DNA of 62,242 bases, the filler included, from Choristocarpus tenellus KU-1152 (taxonomy: Eukaryota; Protista; Phaeophyceae): NCBI GenBank assembly GCA_964200185.2. It is 10 parts of 10 records of this genome, joined end to end, with 100 filler letters (N's around TTAATTAATTAA, not from the genome) between each part and the next. Parts side by side here need not be neighbours in the genome. Positions count along the whole stretch, not along the records: positions 1 to 5,088 come from CAXNAD020011920.1; positions 5,189 to 12,723 come from CAXNAD020005996.1; 8 more parts are not named here. One strand, 5' to 3'. Of this stretch, positions 1-12,159 are shown one piece after another (the first letter of the stretch is position 1; each line of letters begins with the position of its first letter). Under the pieces are notes generated by a model. The model ran no database searches and was not told where the DNA came from. It saw only the letters and a program-made list of their open reading frames with translations. The position numbers were made by a program, and so were the translations under genes.

Positions 1-930
1 CTTACTATCACATCTTCTTCAACAACTTGCCTCCAAGGTGCTTGGACAACCAGATAAAAATGGACTTTCAATGTTTGTTATATGCGCATTTGTTAACAGA
101 AGTAAAATATTATACCCGTGGTAAATAATATTTTGAATATAAAAAATATATGCATGCTTCTCACAGGTGGAATGACTCTGTGTTAATGTCTCCGGATAAG
201 AGCAATCTTTCTACTCCACGATTCTAAAGTCGTCTAATAGATAAGCTCTAAGTATCACCTCAGTCCAAGTGAACTCTGCGTTAACGGGTGTAGGGCGTAG
301 CGAGAAAAATGGCGTGGACCAGCCTGCCTCCTACGTCACTCCCACGGTCTGAGAGGATGAAGCTCAGTATCACCACAGCTTTGGTACATCAAGTAATCTA
401 TTGGGGAGTGTTGTGGGAATAGTGTTAAGGGTGGTTGGAAGACTCACTATCCCTTACTATCACCTCCTCTTCAACAATTTGCCTCCAAGGTGCTTGGACA
501 ACCAGTAAGTTGGAGTGTTAATTTATATATATATACATGTGCACAGCTTGTTTACAAATAATGAAGTAAAATATTATACCCGAGGTAATAATATTTTGAA
601 AGGTATGCATGCTTCTCACAGATAGGTCCAACCTGTGTTTGTTTCCAGATGAAAGCAGTCTTTCTACTTCGCGAGACTCAAGTCGCTATCTAGATCAGCT
701 CTGAAAATACCACCCGGACTGAGCCATGGTATGGTCTTCAAGAATCTATCGGCGTCGCTTCCGCCATCTTGGTAGTAACAAAGGACTATCTTCTCTATCT
801 GTGGAATCTGGTGGCAACTCACCAGGCCGGTGATATGCTCGCATAGACAATCGACGCACGAAGTCTTCACCACGTGCTGAACTCTGTTTTATGATGGGTG
901 TTGCACCACTTAACCAATACCCTTCCCACG
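1..930 (+). mobile_element. TRIM-like tandem LTR element (partial LTR 1-165, internal 166-411, LTR 412-620, second internal region)
   Basis: Direct repeat with ~455 bp period (cttactatcac...ccaaggtgcttggacaaccag at 1 and 453; tgcatgcttctcaca ends at 165 and 620). The 412-620 unit has TGTGGGAA...TTCTCACA inverted ends and is preceded by purine tract GGGGAG (403-408). Similarity continues into the following internal region. Confidence 0.6.
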
Positions 931-939
931 CTTACCAGA

Positions 940-3038
940 TTCTACTGGCACGTACAGGGCGACTTGTGATGCGCAGGGACATTAGTTGGGAGTCCATGTG
1001 GGATAGTAACTTGCATGATGACACCCGACATCAATCCTCAGGGTTACCACTGTGGAGGGGGGAAGAATTTGTTCCGGTGATCACGAGTGGGGAAATAACA
1101 CCTGGGGATTCGAGTGATGAAGAGAATGAAATATTTTTGGAGGGTTTGGTTGAAGGTATTAATTTGGGGGAACACATGGGGTCAGGGAATGCAGAAGAAA
1201 AGCAATTGGAGTCTGGGACGAGGATTTCTGAACAAACCAATGAGGACAGGGATACATCACCTCCACAGCAGGGGAGTGGGAGGCTTCGGTCAGGAGGGCA
1301 GTCACAACCTTCTGAACCCAGGATGCTGTCTCCGCTCCGGGAGTATAATGTGGGGCCATCACAACCTTCCCTAGTACGGAAGAGAACCACTAGACGAACA
1401 GCCTTTGTCGTCAGACATAAGGTGGAGGATATGATTGGTGATGAGTTGGGACTGGGTTGGCCAGGGGATACTCCAGCGAGTGATTTTCCTCCAGTACCTC
1501 TCACTGTGAAGGAAGCACTTGAGTCTCAAGAGTCTAAGGAGTGGCTTGAGGCTATCTATGCAGAGATTGATGGATAAATTACTCAAGGCACGTGGGTCCA
1601 GGTTCCAAGACCAACTACTCAAAATGTCTTAAAAATGAAATGTATTTTTCGAGGAAGGTGAATGCATTGGGATTGGTGGAGAGGTGAAAGGCAAGACTGG
1701 TAGTACAAGGATTCCCACAAGAGCCTGGAATTGACTGGCATGAAAAAATCGCACCAACAGCACAAATGTCAAGCCTGCGGATGATTCTGGCTTTGACAGT
1801 ACGGTTGGGATGGGACCTGAATATGGCAGATGCAGTGAGGGCTTTCACTAATGCAGACTTGGAGGAAGACATATCTGTGGAGCTGCCAGAAGGGGTGGTG
1901 ACTGAATTTGATGGGGCAGTTGGTAAGCTACAGAAATCACTTCATGGGATTGTACAAGCATCACGGAATTGGAATGCTTTGCTTGTGACGTCATTATTGG
2001 AGCTAGGACTGGAGCAATGTGAGGCTGATCATAGTGTATTTAGATGGATATTGGATGGGGAACTGGAGATGATCATGCTCATTCATGTAGATGACATGCT
2101 TATGGCAAGCAAGGGGTCTAAACATGCTTTGAGTATAGTTCAGGGACTGAACAAGAAATTCCCAGTGGAGCACCTTGGGGAGAAGGGGCAGTTTATGGGA
2201 TGCCGCATAAACAGGGATTGGAGACTAGGGACTGTTTCCATAGACCAGCAGGTGTATGTTGAAAACTTGGTGGCAAGAATGTGGGATCACAACTGGCTGT
2301 GATCTTCCTGCTGTTGCAACCAAAGAGTTTGTTGAGGAGGGCCCAGTGAGAGACGGTTACCGTGCAATGGTTGGGAGCTTGATGTGGGCATCCATTATGA
2401 CCTGACCCGATTTATCATCTGCAGTAAGGAGCCTAGCAAAGAAAATTGTAAACCCTACGGTGACGGATTGGAAGGGGGCTGAGAGAGCTATTGGGTATTT
2501 GTTGAGGACAAGCAGTAGAGGATTGACCTATGGTGATTTCAGTTTTTATGGGAATGCACCCAGGGACCAACTCATCGGTCATGCTGATGCTGATTACGCA
2601 AATTGTGTGATTACAATATTTTCTGTGTCTGGTGGCGTGGTAATGTTTGGGGGTGCATGTGTAAGCTGGTGGTCCAAAATGCAGAAAACTGTTGCTTTGT
2701 CTACCACTGAGGGCGAGTATGTGTCGTTGTGTGATTTGGCCAAAGAGGTTACGTTCTTGCAACAAGTACAATATTTTTTGGAGCTAACTGTACACGAGTA
2801 TTGTGTACGATTGTTTGAAGGCAATAGTGGGGCAATCAAGTTGGCTGAGAAGACAGTTTCAGGGGGTAGGACAAAACATACAGATATCAGATATCATTAT
2901 GTTAGAAACCTAGTGAAAGAGGGGAAGGTAAAGATTTTGTATGTAAAGTCCGGTGAACAACATGGAGATTTGTTCACGAAGTCTTTGAGTGGTAATGTGT
3001 TTGAGTTTCACACTAGAACTATCATGCACTGTGAGTAA
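940..3038 (+). pseudogene. Ty1/copia pol remnant (post-integrase linker, reverse transcriptase, RNase H)
   Basis: Motifs KARLVVQG, LQKSLHGIVQASRNW, IHVDDML, HADADYA, STTEGEY, TKHTDIRYHYVR and DLFTKSL across ORFs 891-1577, 1766-2302 and 2460-3038, broken by stops and frameshifts. Confidence 0.95.
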
Positions 3039-3221
3039 GGGGTAGTGTGCAGATTGAGTTCATTGGATTCATGATGAATGGACTGAACAGGGGAGTGTGT
3101 CATGAGTTTGTTTGTCCATGTGTGGAATTAAGATTTGAAGTTTACAGGATAAGTTGATTTCAAGTTGGGTTTTATTGTTGGACTGATTTGATTCTCACTG
3201 CATAGTCAGAGCAGGGGAGTG

Positions 3222-3539
3222 TGTCAAGATTTTGCTTGACCATTTGTGAGAATATGATTTGAAGTAATATTTATGTACGCACAGAAGATAATGCGGAACA
3301 TTCGGGATATTTAGGCGGGGTATCAGACAAGAAGTAATCGGCGGACTATTAGAGTCGGAGTGTTTCTGACGTGTACTAGAGATACGTTGAGTCATTTGGT
3401 ATTCTGAGTAATTCAATGTAAGGACTGGTGAGCCCCACCTAGTACAGGTATCTCACTCTCTTCTCAACTGTGGTACAAGTTAATAAACAATAATATAACT
3501 AGTTGTGTGGGACAACAGATCGTCAAGGACAACTTAACA
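3222..3539 (+). mobile_element. 3' LTR of the copia element
   Basis: Follows the polypurine tract GAGCAGGGGAG; starts TGTCAAG and ends CTTAACA (6/7 inverted match, TG...CA); AATAAA at 3482. Confidence 0.75.
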
Positions 3540-3703
3540 TACACACCAACGTACACACCTTCAAACCGTTTCACCACGTCCTCTACGTATACGGCAGTTA
3601 CAGCCGGAGTCTACTAGTGACGTTCGATCCGTTACTCAAACCTCCACACCGACAACAAAAACCGCTCGTGGACTGATCATAACAAAACAGATGCGAGAGG
3701 ACT

Positions 3704-5021
3704 GTGCTGGAACCCCTCAGCGAACCGTCCTCTGGTGGTTCCTTGGGCAGTTTCGAAAATTCCTGTGTCGACGGCACATGTGACAGGTGTGACTGGAAAT
3801 CTCATCCCATGTGGAAGCGCCCTTGTATGTTAGACTCTCACAGCACCCGTGTCACATGGAACGAGTTCATCCACGTGTACACCCCGGTGGTGGATGCGGA
3901 TCTGCAACAAAAGACTTGCCAGGAAATAAAAGTGGGCCTTATCCAGACACTCACCAACCAATTACATTGTGAAGATTAACCTGTCCGGTTCCACCCTCAC
4001 GCCGGGAGCAGGACCGACGCAGCAACCTGCCCTACCAATCGACCATATCCCAGTGTAAACATCCAGACCACACAGAGCCAAAGTATCTTAAGGGGTAGAG
4101 CCGCGTCCATTTAATGCCAAAGTCCAATATTGCGATTTTCGATGTAATTTTGGTAATCGTGTTTATTAGGAAGTGTCAATATCCTTGTTCCGGGCACACC
4201 TTTACATAACGTACATATTTTACCTACTCCAAAATATTTTTGAGTAGGAAAATGTCATAAAATCCCTGAGGGGAGCCAAGCCCCAAATAGACAAACAAGC
4301 CAAAACTCGTACCCTCTAAGATACTTCCACTCACACCCATGCTGCAATAAACCTATATATCAATAAACCTATATATCTACACTGCCACACAGGCGCTGTC
4401 GTCTATACTTGGCATCGCCACCCCAAGCACGACCACCAAAGACGACATGCTCCAGATGATCACTGCAAAATATGCGGAGCTGGGGGCGAACAATCTCATG
4501 ACGGACGATTTGATAATCGCTAAGTATATGGTGGGAGAGTCCGCCCCCGGACTCAGGAGGAGCAGGACCGAGGATAACGATGACGAAGACGCCACAGGGC
4601 CTACGGACAAACACAGCTGGAGGCGAAAGGTGAGAGCGACAGGTTCATTCCACTGATAGTTATAGTGTACATTCAACGTGTCACACACGGTGTATTGGTC
4701 AAACAACGAGCAGATACTCCCTCCCACAGCACCGTACATAATCAGTTACACCAGAACTAAGCCTGAATTATCACGACCTATGACCAGCAACAACTCCCAA
4801 TACGCGACCACCTCGCCCGTTGGATGCAGGTGCCGTTCCCAAGGATGGAGGGATTCCCCACACTCCTAAAAGTCATATTTGCAAACTTCGACAAAAGCTT
4901 CTTCCTTCATCACAACACCACTATTTGGCAGACGCAACAATACAAACACTGCAAATCCCGCCTCCACAAAGGACATGCCGCCATGTCCATGGACTTCAGC
5001 GCCCACTTGCAACATTGTTAA
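3704..5021 (+). pseudogene. Sola2-like DDE transposase relic, interrupted by a MITE
   Basis: Cys-rich CVDGTCDRC...VTWNEF segment and FFLHHNTTIWQTQQYKHCKSRL...AMSMDFS, resembling the H..Q..K..L..DF(S/A)ENY block of Sola2 transposases; fragmented. Confidence 0.55.
4075..4332 (+). mobile_element. MITE family A (~260 bp)
   Basis: TIRs GAGCCAAAGTATCTTAAGGGGTA / TACCCTCTAAGATACTTCCACTC; seven related copies in the window. Confidence 0.9.
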
Positions 5022-5088
5022 AGAAATTGGTGTTCCAAGGACTTGTGTATGTGAATAACTCGATTATTTCCTCATTATGTAGAACAGG

Positions 5089-5188
5089 NNNNNNNNNNNN
5101 NNNNNNNNNNNNNNNNNNNNNNNNNNNNNNNNTTAATTAATTAANNNNNNNNNNNNNNNNNNNNNNNNNNNNNNNNNNNNNNNNNNNN
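5089..5188. other. Artificial contig linker N44-TTAATTAATTAA-N44
   Basis: Identical 100-bp linker also at 12724, 23219, 35927, 41066, 44943, 52035, 55043 and 58092; carries stops in all six frames. Confidence 0.97.
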
Positions 5189-6212
5189 ATGATTCCTCTT
5201 CCTTCGTAGTCTATGTATCATATACAATGCATTCGATTCAGGTTTCAACAGAGGGCAGGGAAGATGACTCCGGGAGACGCGAAGTTGAGGTACCTTGAGG
5301 TACCTCCGTCTTATTCGGAACTTTCTTTTTACTTCCATCACTTGGAGACCATCGCCGAGAAATGTGGCATGCAGGAGGCAGCTTCCCACCTACAGAAGGC
5401 CTGGATGGCAATGATCAACGGGCATGCCTCTAATCCTGTACAACAGACAGACATTAATTAGAGCCTTTGTGAGCCTACCAGGGAGGGATGTGTAGTGGAG
5501 AGCGGGGTGGTAGTGGTTCAGTGTCTTAATTTTAGCTGTAATTTGTCTTGATTTTCTGGTGTATCGGTGGTCCTGTTCGGTTACGGTTTGGTGTAGATGC
5601 GACGAGTAAGCTCGGGCACGGGCAGTCAGTCCTCCTGCTCTACACTCTGACGCGTGGTGGATTTTGAGTGCTGTGTGCGGTGATATGAGTACAGTATGAA
5701 TGGATCGTCATCAGGGCTCTGAGCATGAGCTGTACTCTGAAACGTATCGTGTATTGCAATGATATGTGTGAGATACAAAACACTACAGCAGGACCATACT
5801 GCTGTTATTCCCTTTCTGGATACAGTACGTACTGTACAGTACTGCTGTACATTGCCCAGTACCGCTCGCTGTCTATGCGAAATGACACAATGTGCATGGT
5901 ACGGAATGCGCTGCCGTAAACACAACAATTACAGCTTCATACAGCAGTGCAGTACCCGAAACAAGCAGCTGCGACCGTCCTCTCATCACACTCCATATTA
6001 TCCACGTGGCCGCACACGTTGTTTTTGTGCGGTGATACTGCCGTACCAGGTATGTGTTTACGGTGTGTCATTACTCTGAAATACGCGCGTATGTAGATAA
6101 TTTCCTCGAATAGTGCGGTGACCTCAGGAACGTTAACGAATAGTGCGGGGTCCCGCAATAGTGCGGTAAATGCTTCTTGTCACTACACCGCACTAAAGTG
6201 GGACCCTTACTG
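5189..6212 (+). mobile_element. pogo/Tigger-like DNA transposon, 3' part
   Basis: ORF 5213-5461 (PPSYSELSFYFHHLETIAEKCG...HASNPVQQTDI) resembles C-termini of brown-algal pogo-type transposases. Three subterminal AATAGTGCGG repeats (6109-6166) and a right end reading CAGTAAGGGTCCCAC on the minus strand. Confidence 0.55.
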
Positions 6213-6593
6213 TTGAGAAACTTGAATATCTTTGGAACCGGTCTCTTTGAGATTCTATGTGCAGTTACGTAATAATACACCAACGCACATAAAACAACTG
6301 AAACAGCCCTCCCTACTTAAAATATATTTTATTACTATGCCCTCTGACATCATATCATTCAACAAAAACAGTATAAACACAAACCTCCTTTCCACACTGT
6401 ACGTCAACCTGTTTTCAGATTGTACGTCATACAAACCATTTCGTGTCACTGAAAGTGTGTAGTCGAAAATCAGAGAAGCACTTCGTCACAAGTGTGAAAA
6501 TATTATCTCTAGGCACTATGTGATAACCTGACCACATTTGTTACATTGATCGATGGATGCATGGTAGGACCTATCTTTTGTCGGTTGAAGAAG

Positions 6594-9500
6594 ATGGTGG
6601 CTGTGACCTATGCAGGAACGCGTATCGCCGCAGCAGTATCCATATCCATGTTTTTCTACACTCTACCAGACGAGAACCTTGTTACGGCAGCCCCTTGCGA
6701 TCCCCTAGAACAGTTGTCGTGGGAAGTAAGGAACACAGCGGACGCACTGAGCCTGAGTCAAGCTGTGGAATGCGAGGGTGGGATTTTTGCTGTCGAATGG
6801 ACTGGGTCCGTAGTGCTCAGTAGGAACATATCGATTGCAGAGGAAACTACTCTCAACATCACGGGCTTCGACGCCTCAATCCAGGGAAATGGTGCAACCC
6901 GTCTCTTCTACTTATATGACACATCCGAGCTCCATTTACAGAACCTTGAACTTACAGGTGGTCAACCGCAAGATGTCGATTCTGTTTCTGATGGGGGGGC
7001 AATCCACGCTGGTTTCGATACCGTTGTGAGTGCCAGGGACTGCTTCTTTAAGGAGAACAGAGCAAGCGGCAGTGGAGGTATGTTGACTCCTTACAAACAA
7101 TATCGTGCCATGGCAGAATATGATGCAAATTTGTTTTGAGTAGAACTTCTCGTCATTACTCGGACAATGTGAAGTCCGGGCTAGTTTCCTTGCAGCTGAA
7201 TTGAGCGTAGAAATGAGTCCTGCACAGAGATGACTTCATCACTCAGCACAAGACTATTGTGCTACTCCCGTCGTTACGTGAACTCACAGGGGCAATAGTA
7301 TCAAGCGGCTTACTGGTTGTCGATGGAGCTACAAGATTTGCTGGAAACTCAGCTGGTTTTGCTGGAGGTGAGAACCTATGGTTTAGAAGGTGTTGGAGGA
7401 GAGAGCTGTCTGCTGAGGCTGGTGCTAATAGTAAGTACACAGCCAATTGTTGTGTGAAAGTGTGGTTTGCTTCAGATTCCCGTGGTTCAGTCGAGAGAGC
7501 AAGATATTTGGTAGCCAGCTCTCCATTCGGTACCCCTTTTTTCTTTACAGATTAGATAGGGCATTTGTGGTACCCATCTCTCATCATCTAAGTGGAAAAA
7601 ATCGTCTTTTGCAGTTTTCTTGTAATGTTTTATTGGTAATACATTGCTTGGTCGGTTTTGTGCAAGCTCAGTCAAACTCATGTTGACAACTGAAATCTGT
7701 TGTTGGAAGGGACAAGATATATGAATTGGTTTACTTAGCATTGGTGTGGTTCCATGTTTATTGCTTAGTATACATTTTACCACCTTGAACCACTATGTTT
7801 CATAGTTACGTGCTTTTCATGAGTCAGACATGAATTTCAACCTGAAATTGCCCAGTTTCATAGCCTGGGAAGGTCCTGTGCAAAACACCCGTGAAGACAG
7901 GTAGGTGCAGATGCCAGAAACGAAGTTGGGGATGATTTTTGCTTTCGTTAGATATCCCTCCTTCACTCACAGGATACTGAGTGCCATGTGAGTGTGAACA
8001 TACAAATTGCCGAAGCTGTGCTGTCTCCAGGTTTAGCAAAGTACCCAGTGTGCAAACAAGCAATCGGAATGCTTGGTTTGGGCATACCCTACTTGGGGCA
8101 TCATGTAAGATGTAGTTAATGCTTAACTGTGCGTGTAGGAGGCATAAATAAATTCGAAAATTGTGTTTTGTTTTCCTCCGTTCCCATAAAATATGATCGC
8201 CTGGGCCTATTTAAAGAGGCTTTGCGTTTCTTCACAGTAAGAGTAGCAATACCCAACGGAAAATGCTTTTTTGCTCATCAAGGGCAGTTGAACACCGTAG
8301 AGAAATAAATACATAAGTTACTTACTCCAATTTGACGTTCTTTGTTCAAAGTAATTGATGCCAAATACTTCGATTGCCTTATTGAGCAGTCTCGGGCTAA
8401 GTTAAGAAATAGAACAGTAAATCATGATTTTGTATGGAGTGGGTGATAAAATACAAACCACCCATATGGCTGATAAGAGAATACGCATGGAACTGGGTGC
8501 TTGGTCTGTTGAGGTCAAGTGGCAAGAGTGAATGATTGAGAGGATGAATTAAAGAGACCCATACAGTCACCTGGGAGGGAAATCTATGGATGAAAACAAT
8601 AGGTGCACGGCATCACAAAAAAACCTCATTGTAATTTGAATCCTATAATCATATATAAGCTTCATTGAAAAAAGCTGTGTTCATATCTGTATGTGATGTG
8701 TATATATTTTCTGATCAAATACCATTTTGTATATTAGACTTGTTTGGAGTATGTAAACGTTTAGTACTATTTGTTTCTGATTGCGACATACTGTGGGCTA
8801 ATCACGGACCCTCAATACATTGTAATTGAGGTGCAACATCAAATATTTCCTATGCTACAATTCATTGTGTTGGTTCAATATGACTAGCACGTCTGGAGAA
8901 ATATCAGTGAATGTTGCCTTTTGTAACCTTGATATCGAGAAGTGTTTATAAAATTTGTGAGTATGCATGGCAAAGTTTGAAATTGTCTGAATGAATTGTA
9001 GTGTTGTAGTACTTGAAGAGAAGAAAGAGTTGAAGCAGGTGTTGAAGGTCAATTGCAGTGTACTCCAGAGTGCTAACGCTCAAAAGTCCTATCAGAAGAC
9101 TTGGAGATTTTCTTGCTGTTTGGTTTTTTTGCTGATGGTGTGCACACTTTTGCTTATGAACCCCTTCACCTTTATTTTCCAGGTGCTATTGATGGCGATC
9201 AAATTGAGATCAGAGGCAATACAACATTTGTTGACAACTATGCAGAGTCTGGTGCGGGAGGTGAGCCTCTTTAGGGGCGAAGAGTCTGATTTTCCTAGAT
9301 TAGTGGAAATGGACCCTACTGACTCAATGTGACATACAGACCATCCATTGGTGTAAGTGTTACTAACATCCCATGGATCTTGTTGTAGGTGTTCTTCTTT
9401 TAGCTGACAGAGGTTGGATAGTTTTTACAATCAAGACTCTCTCTGTACACCTTGAGCTTGCTGCATTCGAAGCATCTTTCCATCGTAGCTTGAGTATTTT

Positions 9501-10648
9501 CTAATAGCTGAGCATACATACCAATAAATGTTTGCCAGAGGTTACGTGCCTTATCCATTCTGTGATTTAGTATGCCTGTGGACTGTAACCCAAATGCTGG
9601 TCATGGGGACCTTGAAAGACTTGAGTTGCAAAGTTATATACTAACAATCTTGAATCGAACAATAAACATTTGGGAGTGGTTGACGAGCTAAAGTATGTAC
9701 TTTGACTATAACCTTAAGAAGGAAAAGCATAATACTTTTTCCCTGTACTTGAGGGCGCCATTCAACCCACCTATTAATTGACAGTTTATACTTGGTGCAG
9801 TAAACGTTTTGTTAGCGCCCAGAATTCTTTCAAATTACTCTTTGACCAAAGTGCATATTTTATGATCTTATTGCTATTGTGTTTGTGCGTATATGGTTGT
9901 CTGTACCCTCTTGCAACATTCACACAGGCGCGGTTTCCAGTGATACCTACACTGTCATCAGTGGTTTCACATCATTTATCAACAACACGGCAGGATATGA
10001 GGGAGGTACGAGTCTGACAAGGAGGTGGGCTCATTGCCTGTTGTCTGCCATGATTGCACCTGGCTTGAAGTCCTCTGAAGTTGCAGTTTTGATTTATATC
10101 TTCCTCAATCATAATTTTGTACACTTGTGGCAATCTAGTTCATATGGCTCAAAGTATCTGGGGGGGGGGTGGCGGTCCATTTTGGGCTACTTTTTTCATG
10201 TCGCAATTTTCGGGTGCTTTGGTTGCATACATCGGATGGATAATGTAAGTGTGCTTTTCCTGGTTATGGTCCAAAATGAACACCCTGGTGTAGACGACCC
10301 CTCCCCCCCTAGATACTTTGGGTCGTATCTTAACCCTTCCCGTTGATGCACATAATATCTCTTCCCATCCATTACCACAGTGTAGTTTACCTCATGCTTC
10401 CACCTGAATACCTAACTGTAGTTCAGTCCACCTACACCTAAATGGTGCACAGATGGATGCACTAAACATCTATAATTATCTCAAATTTCACCTATTTCAT
10501 TTCAGCCTTACAGCATGTTTGTGATATCACATTGCTATGCCTGTATCCTCTTGTGACCTTCACACAGGGGCGATATCTGGTTATAATCCAGATGTCTTCA
10601 TTGTCGTCGGTTCCACAATGTTTCTCAACAACACAGCAGAAAGAGGAG
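6594..10648 (+). CDS. Polymorphic outer membrane protein (Pmp)/adhesin-like beta-helix repeat protein, 3' incomplete
   Basis: Exons 6594-7077, 7290-7367, 9183-9260, 9928-10005 and 10568-10648, all GT-AG and phase 1. Each small exon encodes one GGA(I/V)...FxxN repeat; N-terminus is hydrophobic. Confidence 0.85.
10146..10324 (-). mobile_element. MITE family B (~180 bp), intronic
   Basis: TIRs GGCTCAAAGTATCTGGGGG / CCCCTAGATACTTTGGGTC; flanks ATAT/GTAT. Confidence 0.9.
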
Positions 10649-11299
10649 GTAAACATTCAAAGGGTTGGATGGGTCTAGTATGTGTCTGTTATTATCGCAC
10701 CCAATTTGAAGTCCTTTGATCATCCCTTCACTATTTTTTATGTTTCAGTATCATTTTGACGCATTGTTGCATTTTAATCCTTCTCTTCGACATCGTCCCT
10801 TCCATGAACAGTTCATAAGATTTCAAAATCCAAGTACCATTAGTGCTCCAAGATTGCATTTGATGAAACTGTATCATATGTAAATAGGAGACAACAGTAC
10901 TAGTATTTCCGTACAGCTCATATTTTGCGGGCAAGTAATGTGTGATGCTAGATCCTATTATTGTTGGAGCATCCATTTATTGTTGGCCATGTGATCCTAG
11001 GACTGGTTACGATGCTAACTAATCTGACCAAGTGATCTGTAGTTTGCACCTACGTACATAGGCAGGGGGCTCCATATGTTAGATTTGCGTAACATCACCC
11101 ACCCAGCCTCACAACCATGAGAGATATCTAGCCCTACGACCTACGTTACATTGTCCTTAATTCTAATCCTCACCTTTCTTTGGGCCAAGGACCACACCCA
11201 GTGCTACGCCCTCCTTGTTCACAGCAATCCCAATGTGCTTTGTACGGTTGAGATGTTGCACCACTGTGATTTGCACAGGATCACTTGCAATTGCTTTAG

Positions 11300-11479
11300 G
11301 ACCCAAAGTATCTGAAGGAGGGGGGGGGGTTACACTAGGGTGTCCATTTGGACCAAAACCAGGAAAAGTGCACTTCATTATCCATCTGACTTATGGAACC
11401 AAATCACCCAAAAATCGTGGCATGAAAAAATTGGTCCCAAATGGACAGCCACCACCCCCCCCCCCAGATACTTTGACCC
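11300..11479 (+). mobile_element. MITE family B
   Basis: GACCCAAAGTATCTG...CAGATACTTTGACCC with the family B internal sequence. Confidence 0.9.
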
Positions 11480-12042
11480 AAGAGTCAAGCTTGTAGATTG
11501 GTAAGTGTTGGAAATGATAGCTAATAAAATATTTGTTTGTCAAGATTTTGACAGAGCTAAACTGAGAACTGAAGAATATCCAATGTAAGGTCATCACCCA
11601 ACCACGTGTCAAGAGGAAGGAGTATCAAATTTGCGGCAGGTCCTTGGCCAACAAGGTTGGCAGTCAAGGAGTTGGCTGTTAGACACAGATTCGGAGATAG
11701 GGTGCATCAATGTATAATTGTTGAAGGTTTGGATGTTGCTGACAAGCCACTCAAATTTGACTACTTCAGCTGTGGGTTACGTGCCAGCAGAGGTTCAGGA
11801 CGTGAAGGAGAAGAGACATGTTCTGGTCGTCCCTGCATAACTGGTGAAGCAGATGTCTTCCAAGTATAAACTCTCGCGCCCTGATAGATGTGATCGCCTG
11901 TACTGGGAATTGAGGTGATCTTTCCTTTTATATGAAAAAAATTCTCATATAACTAATCACTGATAAAAGGTTCTGATCAAACTTAATCACTAATGATTGT
12001 TCTCACACTCCAAATACATTTTACCAGAACTGTCTGATAGAG

Positions 12043-12159
12043 GAGCCAAAGTATCTTAGAGGGTAGAGCCACGTTCATTTGGGGTCCAAAATCTAATGCT
12101 GCGATTTCGATGTAATTTTGACGATCGTATTCGTTAGAAAGTGTCAATATCCTTGTTCC
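12043..12159 (+). mobile_element. MITE family A, left half
   Basis: GAGCCAAAGTATCTTAGAGGGTA start; similarity ends at ccttgttcc. Confidence 0.85.

Noticed and set aside
1031-1504. Antisense ORFs over copia and over host exons (e.g. 15637-16011, 22074-22481)
   Set aside because: Shadow frames of real coding sequence on the opposite strand.
5133-5144. Recurrent TTAATTAATTAA palindrome as a biological site
   Set aside because: Always centred in 44+44 Ns; it is an artificial linker.
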